DNA of 32,000 nt from Candidatus Omnitrophota bacterium. Lineage in GTDB: Bacteria > Omnitrophota > Gorgyraeia > 2-01-FULL-45-10. The notes beneath the pieces were generated by a model. That model did no database searches. It was not told the DNA's origin and worked only from the letters and a program-made list of their open reading frames with translations. Made by a program: the position numbers and the translations under genes. Where the stretch lies: positions 180,001-212,000 of the forward strand of contig JAMWCX010000003.1 in the NCBI GenBank assembly GCA_023818895.1, given 5' to 3'. Of this stretch, positions 25,667 to 32,000 are shown piece by piece. The first letter of the stretch is position 1. Each line of letters begins with the position of its first letter.

Positions 25667-26047
25667 TTAACGAAGCACCCGTATGGATGTCGCCTCCCTC
25701 TTACCGCTTGCCAGCATTCTGTAGTGGGCCTCTACCTCCGATCCGAGCGCAATTTCGTCAAGAGAGAGTAGATTACCTTTACCGTCATAAATTACGGCAA
25801 GCACTTTCACATCAAAAACGTACTCGGCGCCGTCTCTATCTGATATCGTTATCTGGGCCCGTGATCTACCTCTATCGGACGGTATTATATCGACGACTTT
25901 GCCGGTCACATAGTCCGGGTCTTCCATCTTCAACACGGCGCTGGTAATCACTTTTTTTGGCTGTGCGCGGGTAAGCTCGCCCTCGTCAGCAAAGACGACT
26001 GCCGAGGAAACGAACATCACTATGAATAGTATCGCTAATTTCTTCAT
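25667..26047 (-). CDS. Small secreted beta-rich protein (DUF5666-like, tentative)
   Basis: 126 aa. Signal peptide MKKLAILFIVMFVSSAVVFA. The pattern VTGKVVDI...ITISDRDG...LSLDEIALGSEVEAHY...REATSIRVL resembles DUF5666 repeats. The RBS GGGAGAGGTAGG precedes the ATG. Confidence 0.5.
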   Translation of the reverse strand: MKKLAILFIVMFVSSAVVFADEGELTRAQPKKVITSAVLKMEDPDYVTGKVVDIIPSDRGRSRAQITISDRDGAEYVFDVKVLAVIYDGKGNLLSLDEIALGSEVEAHYRMLASGKREATSIRVLR

Positions 26048-26073
26048 AACCTACCTCTCCCATTTTTTTAGCT

Positions 26074-26102
26074 ATTTTATTACAAAAAAAAGTGAATTTC
26101 AA
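26074..26102 (-). promoter_or_regulatory. Candidate sigma70-type promoter for the 26047 to 23493 operon
   Basis: The minus strand reads TTGAAA-17 nt-TAAAAT, about 25 nt upstream of the RBS and ATG at 26047. Confidence 0.4.
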
Positions 26103-26179
26103 TGACTATGAAAAGACAAAACAAAATTTGCCTCATAAGCCTCAGGTTGTGTGCTTATTGTGTAGAAGGCGAATTAAGA

Positions 26180-26254
26180 TGGCGCGCCCGGGCAGAATCG
26201 AACTGCCATGTCTAGCTCCGGAGGCTAGTGCGTTATCCGTTACGCTACGGGCGC
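26180..26254 (-). tRNA. tRNA-Arg (anticodon CCG), CCA encoded
   Basis: Folded by hand as a 75-nt cloverleaf:
- acceptor stem GCGCCCG/CGGGCGC
- D stem GCGT/ACGC
- anticodon stem CTAGC/GCTAG with loop CTCCGGA
- variable region ACAT
- T arm GGCAG-TTCGATT-CTGCC
- discriminator G followed by CCA. Confidence 0.9.
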
Positions 26255-26277
26255 AATAAACCTAATAATACTAAAGA

Positions 26278-27015
26278 TCAATTTATATCCCAAGACTCAA
26301 GCATTTTTCTGGCTATGTCGTAATATGTATTATATCGGTCCTCCGGCGAAGTGTATGACCATATATGAAACGCCTCTCCGGATGGGCGTTGCAGAATGAT
26401 AAGCCACTGCCTGAATTTTCTGCTCTGGCGCACATATTCCATCTTGAATTCCAGTCCTTTGAGGACATGCCCATCCTTCATATTGTATGAAAATGGTTTT
26501 TCGTCATATATATTCATCTCCGAGGCGCCAGTCTTCAATTGTTCCACCACATCATCGGCCACCTCCGCGACGCTTTCATATTTTCCGCCCTCCTTGGCCG
26601 AAAGTATATTCTGTATGCTCACTGTGGAGTAGTACGCCTCGGTCCCCTCTTTTCCACTGAATACTATCTGGTGGCTGGTCGGGGTTTCATACACCCAATC
26701 GCCTGGATAACATATCATGTATCCGAGGGTACTGGCATCAAAGACGCTGGCAAGCGGTAAGGCATCTTCTACCTCTGTCTCCGTCGCTACCTTAGTTGTC
26801 TTTTCCGACTCGGCGTACGATTCAACGGCGGTTTTTGGACTTGCTGACCTTGCCGCTTCGACAAGCTTGAATGCTTCCTCATCTGTAATCTTATAGGCGG
26901 CGTCTAAGGAATTTATACCCTCCAGGGCTTCTTTGGCCTCATTTTCGTTCTGGCTGCAAAACGAGCCCTGCCCGAGCAGGATCATCAGGCAGATTAAGAA
27001 AACCACTACTCTCAT
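26278..27015 (-). CDS. Secreted hypothetical protein
   Basis: 245 aa. Signal peptide MRVVVFLICLMILLGQGSFC, an acidic linker, and a C-terminal alpha/beta domain of about 150 aa with no family I recognise confidently. ATGA overlap with the upstream VOC gene at 27012..27015. Confidence 0.6.
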   Translation of the reverse strand: MRVVVFLICLMILLGQGSFCSQNENEAKEALEGINSLDAAYKITDEEAFKLVEAARSASPKTAVESYAESEKTTKVATETEVEDALPLASVFDASTLGYMICYPGDWVYETPTSHQIVFSGKEGTEAYYSTVSIQNILSAKEGGKYESVAEVADDVVEQLKTGASEMNIYDEKPFSYNMKDGHVLKGLEFKMEYVRQSRKFRQWLIILQRPSGEAFHIWSYTSPEDRYNTYYDIARKMLESWDIN

Positions 27016-27461
27016 CTTTTATTTCCTCTATTTTTTTGGATATCTTCCATAAATTCTATTAGATTACCATCGGGATCAAGACCAAAACACAGCTTAGTAA
27101 CACCATCGGGCGCCATAACAGGCTCTGATACAAACCTGACGCCAGATTTTCTCAGCCTCGCATACTCCTTATCCAAGTCAGATACCGTAAAAGCTATATG
27201 ACCACGAGTTATACCTGATGCGGCCCTGGACTTCCCCCAGCAGTGTAGTTCAAAAATAGGTTTTTCGTTATTGCGTTGACCCGGCCCATACATCTTTACA
27301 TAAGTAAGCTGGCGGCCTTGTCCTCCAAGCACTTTCTCAAGATATGGACCTTTGATGGTTCGCGTTTTTTCGACTTTAAGACCCAGGATGCCTTTATAGA
27401 ATCTAACAGCCTTTCGCAGGTCACCGACAACGATACATACATGCCTTAAATTTTTTATCAT
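27012..27461 (-). CDS. VOC (glyoxalase / bleomycin-resistance / dioxygenase) superfamily protein
   Basis: The ORF track begins at a TTG at 27488; I prefer the ATG at 27461 (MIKNLRHVCIVVGDLRKAVRFYKGILGLKV). The second half has GHIAFTVSDLDKEY and DPDGNLIEF, typical of VOC proteins. Confidence 0.8.
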   Translation of the reverse strand: MIKNLRHVCIVVGDLRKAVRFYKGILGLKVEKTRTIKGPYLEKVLGGQGRQLTYVKMYGPGQRNNEKPIFELHCWGKSRAASGITRGHIAFTVSDLDKEYARLRKSGVRFVSEPVMAPDGVTKLCFGLDPDGNLIEFMEDIQKNRGNKR

Positions 27462-27515
27462 ATTATATAAATATATCACCAATCGCAATAAATTTCATCC
27501 ATTTTGGACTATGTA

Positions 27516-27543
27516 TTGACTTCTGCTACCAAGGTAATATAAT
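27516..27543 (+). promoter_or_regulatory. Candidate sigma70-type promoter for the + strand gene 27573..27920
   Basis: TTGACT (27516..27521), a 16-nt spacer, then TATAAT (27538..27543). Followed by the RBS GGAAGGGGGTGA and an ATG at 27573. Confidence 0.5.
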
Positions 27544-27572
27544 ATAGTCATAATTGGAAGGGGGTGATTTGA

Positions 27573-27920
27573 ATGAATAGGTTATTGACTATGGCCATAG
27601 TAGCCATCATAGGAATCTGCTTGATAGCTGCTTTTCATACAGCCATGGCCGCAGAAGAGAAAAACCCGGTGACGAAGGTGGGAACTACCGCTGTTGACGC
27701 CACCAAAAGAGTAGGCTCGGTAGCCAGTAACACAGTAAAGGTAGTTTCCGATACGGCCGTAGGCACAACAAAGGCTGTAACCGGACAGGAGTCCAATCCT
27801 GTCAAGGCGGTGGGCGATACCACAGCGGAAGCAACGAAGGGCCTGGGTAGCGTAGCTAAAGAAAGTGTTGAAGCGGTGGCTGACACCTCGAAACAAGCTG
27901 TTGAGAGTATCACGAAATAA
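27573..27920 (+). CDS. Small secreted protein made of eight 11-residue repeats
   Basis: 115 aa, the only convincing + strand gene. Signal peptide ending AMAAEE. Hydrophobic residues (V/L/I) fall at residues 36, 47, 58, 69, 80, 91, 102 and 113. K or E falls at 45, 56, 67, 78, 89, 100 and 111. Strong promoter, RBS and terminator. Confidence 0.8.
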   Translation: MNRLLTMAIVAIIGICLIAAFHTAMAAEEKNPVTKVGTTAVDATKRVGSVASNTVKVVSDTAVGTTKAVTGQESNPVKAVGDTTAEATKGLGSVAKESVEAVADTSKQAVESITK

Positions 27921-27931
27921 AAATTGTTGAT

Positions 27932-27970
27932 AAAAAAGAGGGCAGGTTAAAAACAACCCGCCCTCTTTTT
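27932..27970. terminator. Bidirectional rho-independent terminator shared by convergent genes
   Basis: AAAAAA-GAGGGCAGG-ttaaaaacaa-CCCGCCCTC-TTTTT. A 9-bp GC-rich stem with one A/C mismatch, an A tract on the left and a T tract on the right, so it reads as hairpin plus U-run on both strands. Confidence 0.7.
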
Positions 27971-27984
27971 GTGCGAGTAAGCTC

Positions 27985-28329
27985 TTATTTCTGCTCACCC
28001 TTAAAAGCCGTTTTTCCGACCTTGTGTTGCTCCCTGAAGGCCTTCTTTTCTGCTTTGCGATCTTTCTTGAAATCCTGCATCTCGGCCTTTTGTGTCTTGT
28101 GATACTCCTTGATGGCCTCAGCGCGTTCTTGGCCTGTTTTTCCGGCAAGGCTCTCCTTGAAGGCCTCCTTTTCCGCCCTCTCTTTTTCCATGAAAGCCTT
28201 CTTTTCAGCCTTCTGTTCCTGCCTAAAAGCACTTCTCTGGCTGCCTTTTCCGGCCGGTTCTTCCGCCAGCAATATGCCGGAGACGGCAAACAATGCCGCG
28301 ACACAGACCGCAACTATTTTCCCACACAT
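27985..28329 (-). CDS. Small secreted, highly charged repeat protein (KAEKKAF repeats)
   Basis: The ORF track extends to 28467. The ATG at 28329 is preceded by AAAGGAGGGTGTT and gives the signal peptide MCGKIVAVCVAALFAVSGILLA. Phe occurs at residues 35/46/57 and 87/98/109, an exact 11-residue spacing within two blocks. Confidence 0.7.
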   Translation of the reverse strand: MCGKIVAVCVAALFAVSGILLAEEPAGKGSQRSAFRQEQKAEKKAFMEKERAEKEAFKESLAGKTGQERAEAIKEYHKTQKAEMQDFKKDRKAEKKAFREQHKVGKTAFKGEQK

Positions 28330-28357
28330 AACACCCTCCTTTTTGCGTAACTTGATA

Positions 28358-29077
28358 TTACTTCGCCAGCCCTGAAAAGTCAACCTGCTTGTCCGACAGC
28401 CGGTATTTTTTGATATCCAAAAACCAGTATTCCCAGAAATCCTTCTTAAAAACCTTCTCGCTTGCAAGAAGCTCTATCTTTTGTCGGAATATCGGTCCGT
28501 CTACAACAAGCGTATGGAACTCCCCGTTCTCTCCACACGGGCACACTCCCCTGGCCTCAAATTCCTTTACCATGTTTTTCTCTAAACACTTTCCCACAAA
28601 CTCCTCCCCCAGCTTCTCAGCCTGGCAACTGACGATCACCGCCTTGAAGCCTGCGTCTATAAATTCCTCGAGGACCTTAGCGGGATGTTCGTCCCATAGC
28701 GGCTCCACCGGCTTTATTTCGAGCTCGCCGCACACTCGCTCTACCCAGCTCGCATGATCGGCAAGATAGATGTCGCCGAATACTATCGAGCCGATGTCTT
28801 GTGAGGAAAGACCGGCCACCGCTTCTTTAAATTCTTTCTCGTATTCTTTCATGTCAGCGGTTACGGCTTTCTGAACCAAAGGAATGCCGATAGCTTGAGC
28901 CTGAAGCTTCAGAAGATCCTCCTCCACTCCGTGAAAGCAGCACCGCCTGTATTCCCTGGATATGAAGTTTAAAAGATACTTAATGTCATATCCTCCACAC
29001 ATTGCCTTGTAACAGGCAAGACAGCTGTCTTTGCCGCCGCTCCATGAAGCTATCGCGGGAATTTTACTCACGGCCAT
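28358..29077 (-). CDS. Dph6 / MJ0570-like PP-loop ATP pyrophosphatase (adenine nucleotide alpha-hydrolase, COG2102-type)
   Basis: 239 aa. N-terminal PP-loop ASWSGGKDSCLA and the hallmark CGENGEFHTLVVDGPIF near the C-terminus. 10-nt overlap with the cobS 3' end. Confidence 0.75.
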   Translation of the reverse strand: MAVSKIPAIASWSGGKDSCLACYKAMCGGYDIKYLLNFISREYRRCCFHGVEEDLLKLQAQAIGIPLVQKAVTADMKEYEKEFKEAVAGLSSQDIGSIVFGDIYLADHASWVERVCGELEIKPVEPLWDEHPAKVLEEFIDAGFKAVIVSCQAEKLGEEFVGKCLEKNMVKEFEARGVCPCGENGEFHTLVVDGPIFRQKIELLASEKVFKKDFWEYWFLDIKKYRLSDKQVDFSGLAK

Positions 29078-29814
29078 ATTATTTCCAGGGCATATACGCT
29101 GAATATGGCGACAAGCTCTGACACTTCATTGATAGCGCCGAGGGTGTCACCGGTTATACCGCCCAGCCTTTTCTTTATATACTTATTGATAAGATAGCTT
29201 ACCCCAGCGACTGCGCAGAAAACCAATATCCCTTTTATACTTAACACGACGATAGCGATGCCGATGGCGAGGGCGGTTGCTATTCCGACACTCTTAGCGT
29301 TTATATTTTCAAGGAAGAGCTTCGCCTTGCCATCCTGCCGCGCATATGGGAACAAAAACATGGAAAATACCAGAGACCACCTGCTCAACACACACATGGT
29401 TATAAGAGCTGTGTTTTTAGACGGCGATCCTATTGCCTGTAATACGGATACCTGTAATAAAAGCATCCCCGCAAGACTTAAGGCTCCCATGGTCCCTATA
29501 TGAGGATCTCTCATGATAGAGAGCATCTCTTCCCTATTTTTGCCGCTGAAGAGCGCGTCCGCCGTATCGGCAAGCCCGTCGAGATGAATGGCGCCTGTGA
29601 GAATCACAAGCGTAATAATAACGATCGCGCCGGCCAGTAGGCTGTCGCAACCAAAATACTCAAGCACTGTGTTTACGCCGGCAAGCACAAGTCCCAGGCA
29701 AAGCCCTGCCAAGGGAAACCATGGTAGCGAGGCGGCCAGGGCCTGTCTAGGCTCATCTTTTTCCCCGCAAGGGAAAATGGTGAGGAATTGCATCGCAGCC
29801 ATAAAATTTCTCAT
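29068..29814 (-). CDS. cobS: Adenosylcobinamide-GDP ribazoletransferase (cobalamin 5'-phosphate synthase)
   Basis: 248 aa, polytopic membrane protein. N-terminal MQFLTIFP, then HLDGLADTADALFSG, both typical of CobS. ATGA overlap with cobT at 29811..29814. Confidence 0.9.
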   Translation of the reverse strand: MRNFMAAMQFLTIFPCGEKDEPRQALAASLPWFPLAGLCLGLVLAGVNTVLEYFGCDSLLAGAIVIITLVILTGAIHLDGLADTADALFSGKNREEMLSIMRDPHIGTMGALSLAGMLLLQVSVLQAIGSPSKNTALITMCVLSRWSLVFSMFLFPYARQDGKAKLFLENINAKSVGIATALAIGIAIVVLSIKGILVFCAVAGVSYLINKYIKKRLGGITGDTLGAINEVSELVAIFSVYALEIIWP

Positions 29815-30872
29815 CTTTCTATCCGCTCCGACACCTTCGCTTCTTTAAATGAGGCCATCTGTGTCAGGATCTTCACCGACGCCTCGATGATGCTGATGCA
29901 GAGCGCCGCGCCCGTCCCTTCCCCCAGCCTTAAATCGAGGTCAAGCACAGGTCTAAGTCCTAAATATTTCAATATCAGCTTATGCCCCCGCTCGACAGAA
30001 CAGTGGCTCGCTATCATGTAATCTTTGGACATCGGCGCCATGCCAAACGCCACGAGCGCGGCCGCGCCTGATATGAATCCGTCTATCACGACCGGAACGC
30101 GCCTTGCGGCGGCGGACAGGATGACGCCGGCAAGGCCGCCTATTTCGAAACCTCCAACCTTCGAAAGAACATCTATTGGGTCTTTGGCGTCGGGTTTATT
30201 CATCTCCAAGGCTCTTTGTATAACGCTGATCTTACGCTCAAGGCCTTTTTCATCTATGCCAGTTCCCCTACCCGTCACATCTTCAACGCGGTGTCCGGTG
30301 AAGACAGCTGTTATGGCGCTGGATGAGGTTGTATTGCCTATGCCCATATCGCCGGTGCCGACTATATCCACGCCTTTTTTAAACTCGCTTTCGAATATCT
30401 CCATGCCAGCATTGACTGCTCTTATGGCCTCGTCCCTGGTCATGGCAGGGCCTTTGGCCATGTTCTTAGTCCCGTAACCTATCTTCTTGATAGTGAGTCC
30501 CGCTGCGGGCTCTAAGTCCGCCGCAACACCCAGGTCTGCTATAACGACCCTTGCGCCGACATGCCTTGCGAGCACATTGATGCCGGCCCCGCCTTTCAGA
30601 AAATTACGGACCATCTGCGGCGTCACTTCTTTTGGAAACGCGCTCACTCCTTCCTCGGTGACTCCATGGTCGGATGCAAACGTGAAAATGACCTTATTGT
30701 CGAGCGCGGGATTCTCATCACCGGTCATCGCAACAACGCAAGAAGCCAGCTCCTCGAGCCTGCCCAGACTGCCCTGAGGTTTTGTAAGACAGTCGAGGCG
30801 ATCTTGGGCTTTTTTCAAAAGCCTCCCGTCGGGAGCCTTTATGCTCCTGGCGACTTTAAGTATTTTATCCAC
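29811..30872 (-). CDS. cobT: Nicotinate-nucleotide--dimethylbenzimidazole phosphoribosyltransferase
   Basis: 353 aa. LTKPQGSLGRLEELA, GTGDMGIGNTTSSSAI, LRLGEGTGAAL. Abuts the cobU stop. Confidence 0.9.
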   Translation of the reverse strand: MDKILKVARSIKAPDGRLLKKAQDRLDCLTKPQGSLGRLEELASCVVAMTGDENPALDNKVIFTFASDHGVTEEGVSAFPKEVTPQMVRNFLKGGAGINVLARHVGARVVIADLGVAADLEPAAGLTIKKIGYGTKNMAKGPAMTRDEAIRAVNAGMEIFESEFKKGVDIVGTGDMGIGNTTSSSAITAVFTGHRVEDVTGRGTGIDEKGLERKISVIQRALEMNKPDAKDPIDVLSKVGGFEIGGLAGVILSAAARRVPVVIDGFISGAAALVAFGMAPMSKDYMIASHCSVERGHKLILKYLGLRPVLDLDLRLGEGTGAALCISIIEASVKILTQMASFKEAKVSERIER

Positions 30873-31394
30873 CTACTTTATCCTTCTGGGGATGCCAGCC
30901 ACCATCAGGCATACCTCATCCGCGGCCTTCGCCGCAAGCTGATTTACCCTGCCGGCGATATCCCTGAACCCCCTCGCCACAGGACGCTCCGGCACTATAC
31001 CCAGGCCGACCTCGTTCGACACAATAGCCGCATCCGCACCACTTTTCTTGAGAGCCGAGAATATGCGAACTATCTCTTTTTCTATCGCCCCGCCGCTTTT
31101 ACCCGCCAGAAACAGGTTCGAGACAAGAAGGGTCAGACAGTCAAGCACGATATACTCAAATTTTCCTTCGATCTTCTCCAATAGGGCCGCGACACGTCTT
31201 GGTTCGTCAAACGTCTTCCACGACGCAGGCCGCGACTTTTTATGAAGGGCGATGCGCCTGGCCATCTCATTGTCGAGAGCTTCGCAGGTAGCTATGAAGG
31301 CGACCTTACGGCGGCCGGAGGCGCGGGCTATCTCTAAGGCGTAGGAGCTTTTCCCGCTCCTTGCGCCACCCAAAATAAAAGTGACTCTACCCAT
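30873..31394 (-). CDS. cobU: Bifunctional adenosylcobinamide kinase / adenosylcobinamide-phosphate guanylyltransferase
   Basis: The ORF track starts at 31427; I prefer the ATG at 31394 (MGRVTFILGGARSGKSSYA, P-loop). IATCEALDNEMARRIALHK is typical of CobU/CobP. 8-nt overlap with the upstream ABC ATPase stop. Confidence 0.85.
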   Translation of the reverse strand: MGRVTFILGGARSGKSSYALEIARASGRRKVAFIATCEALDNEMARRIALHKKSRPASWKTFDEPRRVAALLEKIEGKFEYIVLDCLTLLVSNLFLAGKSGGAIEKEIVRIFSALKKSGADAAIVSNEVGLGIVPERPVARGFRDIAGRVNQLAAKAADEVCLMVAGIPRRIK

Positions 31395-32000
31395 TATTAA
31401 CCCTTTTCTCTTTAGTGAATGCCACACCTCCCGGGACCACCACTATATTCGGCCTTGATGTGATGCGGCTTTTATTCACGAGGACCACCGTGTGGTAGAT
31501 AGCCTCTATATTCTGATAGGTCAGAACCTCATCAGGGCAGCCTTCCCGGTATATCACTCCGTCATTTAACATGATGAGGCGGTCACAATAAGCGGACGCG
31601 AGATTAAGGTCATGGAGCACCATGACGATCGTAAGATTCTTTTCCATATTGAGTTTTTTTAAAAGATCGAGGGTCCTGGCTTGGTGGCCTATGTCCAGGT
31701 GTGATGTCGGCTCGTCGAGAAAAAGGAGCTCTGGTTCCTGGGCAAGGGCCTTTGCGATAATAACGCGTTGCCGTTCTCCGGCGCTTAAAGAGTCTATCGG
31801 CCTTTCGGCAAGATGCGAGGTATCTGTAAGCGCAAGCGCCCTATCCGCTATCTCCAGATCACGCCTTGTCTCGAACTGCAACCTCTTAAGATGGGGGATC
31901 CTGCCCATGAGCACTATCTGACGGGCTGTGAAAGGAAATTGTATAATGGTATCCTGGCTTACAAAGGCGACCCTTCTGAAGAACGCTTTGGAATCTATCG
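31387..32000 (-). CDS. ABC transporter ATP-binding protein, iron-siderophore/cobalamin (FecE/BtuD-like) type; 5' end off the window
   Basis: The ORF track starts at an internal GTG at 31914. I checked that the frame stays open to base 32000 (…KAFFRRVAFVSQDTIIQFPFTARQIVLMGRIPHL). ABC signature LSAGERQRV, Walker B LLFLDEPTSHLD, H-loop VLHDLN. Walker A lies beyond the window. Confidence 0.85.
   Translation of the reverse strand, partial: IDSKAFFRRVAFVSQDTIIQFPFTARQIVLMGRIPHLKRLQFETRRDLEIADRALALTDTSHLAERPIDSLSAGERQRVIIAKALAQEPELLFLDEPTSHLDIGHQARTLDLLKKLNMEKNLTIVMVLHDLNLASAYCDRLIMLNDGVIYREGCPDEVLTYQNIEAIYHTVVLVNKSRITSRPNIVVVPGGVAFTKEKRVNNG

Noticed and set aside
26048-26277. tRNA-Arg as an integration hotspot or island boundary
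   Set aside because: There is no integrase, recombinase or phage gene on either side. I did not spot a direct repeat of the tRNA 3' end elsewhere in the window. The flanking genes look like ordinary housekeeping or envelope genes.
27582-28313. 243-aa minus-strand ORF, very R/K/S-rich, spanning both small genes and the terminator
   Set aside because: It runs straight through a strong hairpin terminator. It is antisense to the well-supported + gene (promoter, RBS, signal peptide) and out of frame with the signal-peptide gene at 27985..28329. Its composition is what an alternative frame of repetitive GAA/AAG-rich DNA would give.
30561-31184. 207-aa + strand ORF, and similar long + ORFs at 22070..22600, 24085..24612 and 2731..3234
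   Set aside because: Each is antisense to a confidently identified gene (cobT/cobU, the OmpA-LysM region, the NCS2 permease, GT4/CapK). Long shadow ORFs are expected in the GC-richer parts of the window, and none has an RBS or a recognisable motif.
28330-32000. Looked for a cobalamin riboswitch in the cob/ABC operon
   Set aside because: All junctions are overlaps or gaps of under 30 nt, so no non-coding stretch is long enough. If one exists it would be upstream of the transporter genes beyond base 32000.

Overview
The window is almost entirely coding on the minus strand; the only + strand gene is 27573..27920. It looks like a diderm bacterium (OmpA-like protein, beta-barrel ending in Phe, BamE-like protein), but I cannot assign a taxon. 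I saw no transposase, integrase, CRISPR array or rRNA.

- **Bases 1 to 17.7 kb:** an exopolysaccharide (EPS) locus in two minus-strand transcription blocks.
  - Block A (17732 down to 14157) encodes a coiled-coil membrane protein, a canonical AsnB-type amidotransferase and a CE4 deacetylase of the DVEEYF type.
  - Block B (13636 down past base 1) encodes GT2, GT4, a GT2 fused to an FG-GAP beta-propeller, an AMP-ligase, a PLP decarboxylase, an acyl carrier protein, a double-GNAT protein, a CE4-like protein, GT4, a CapK/PaaK-like adenylating enzyme and a divergent AsnB paralog. Many junctions in block B are ATGA/GTGA overlaps.
  - The accessory set matches what I remember as the PEP-CTERM/exosortase-A type of EPS locus. 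No exosortase, PEP-CTERM substrate, flippase, polymerase, priming transferase or Wza/Wzc is present in the window.
- **Bases 17.8 to 23.4 kb:** an envelope and signalling operon (OmpA-LysM, BamE-like, 518-aa beta-barrel, CHASE4-PAS histidine kinase, stand-alone receiver).
- **Bases 23.5 to 27.5 kb:** NCS2 purine permease, a PDZ-less HtrA-like protease, a small secreted protein, tRNA-Arg(CCG), a secreted hypothetical protein and a VOC/glyoxalase-fold enzyme.
- **Bases 27.5 to 32 kb:** two convergent small secreted proteins with strict 11-residue periodicity that share a bidirectional terminator. After them comes a cobalamin nucleotide-loop operon (ABC ATPase, cobU, cobT, cobS) whose last enzyme gene is a Dph6/MJ0570-like PP-loop ATPase.

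The best candidate for an undescribed system is the multi-enzyme amide/acyl tailoring machinery inside the EPS operon:
- the carrier-protein cassette (ligase, decarboxylase, ACP, GNAT);
- the CapK-like adenylase;
- the AsnB paralog with a degenerate glutaminase domain;
- the GT2::FG-GAP propeller fusion, which carries a C8 tract at its domain junction.

All calls rest on motif recognition by eye. No database search was run.
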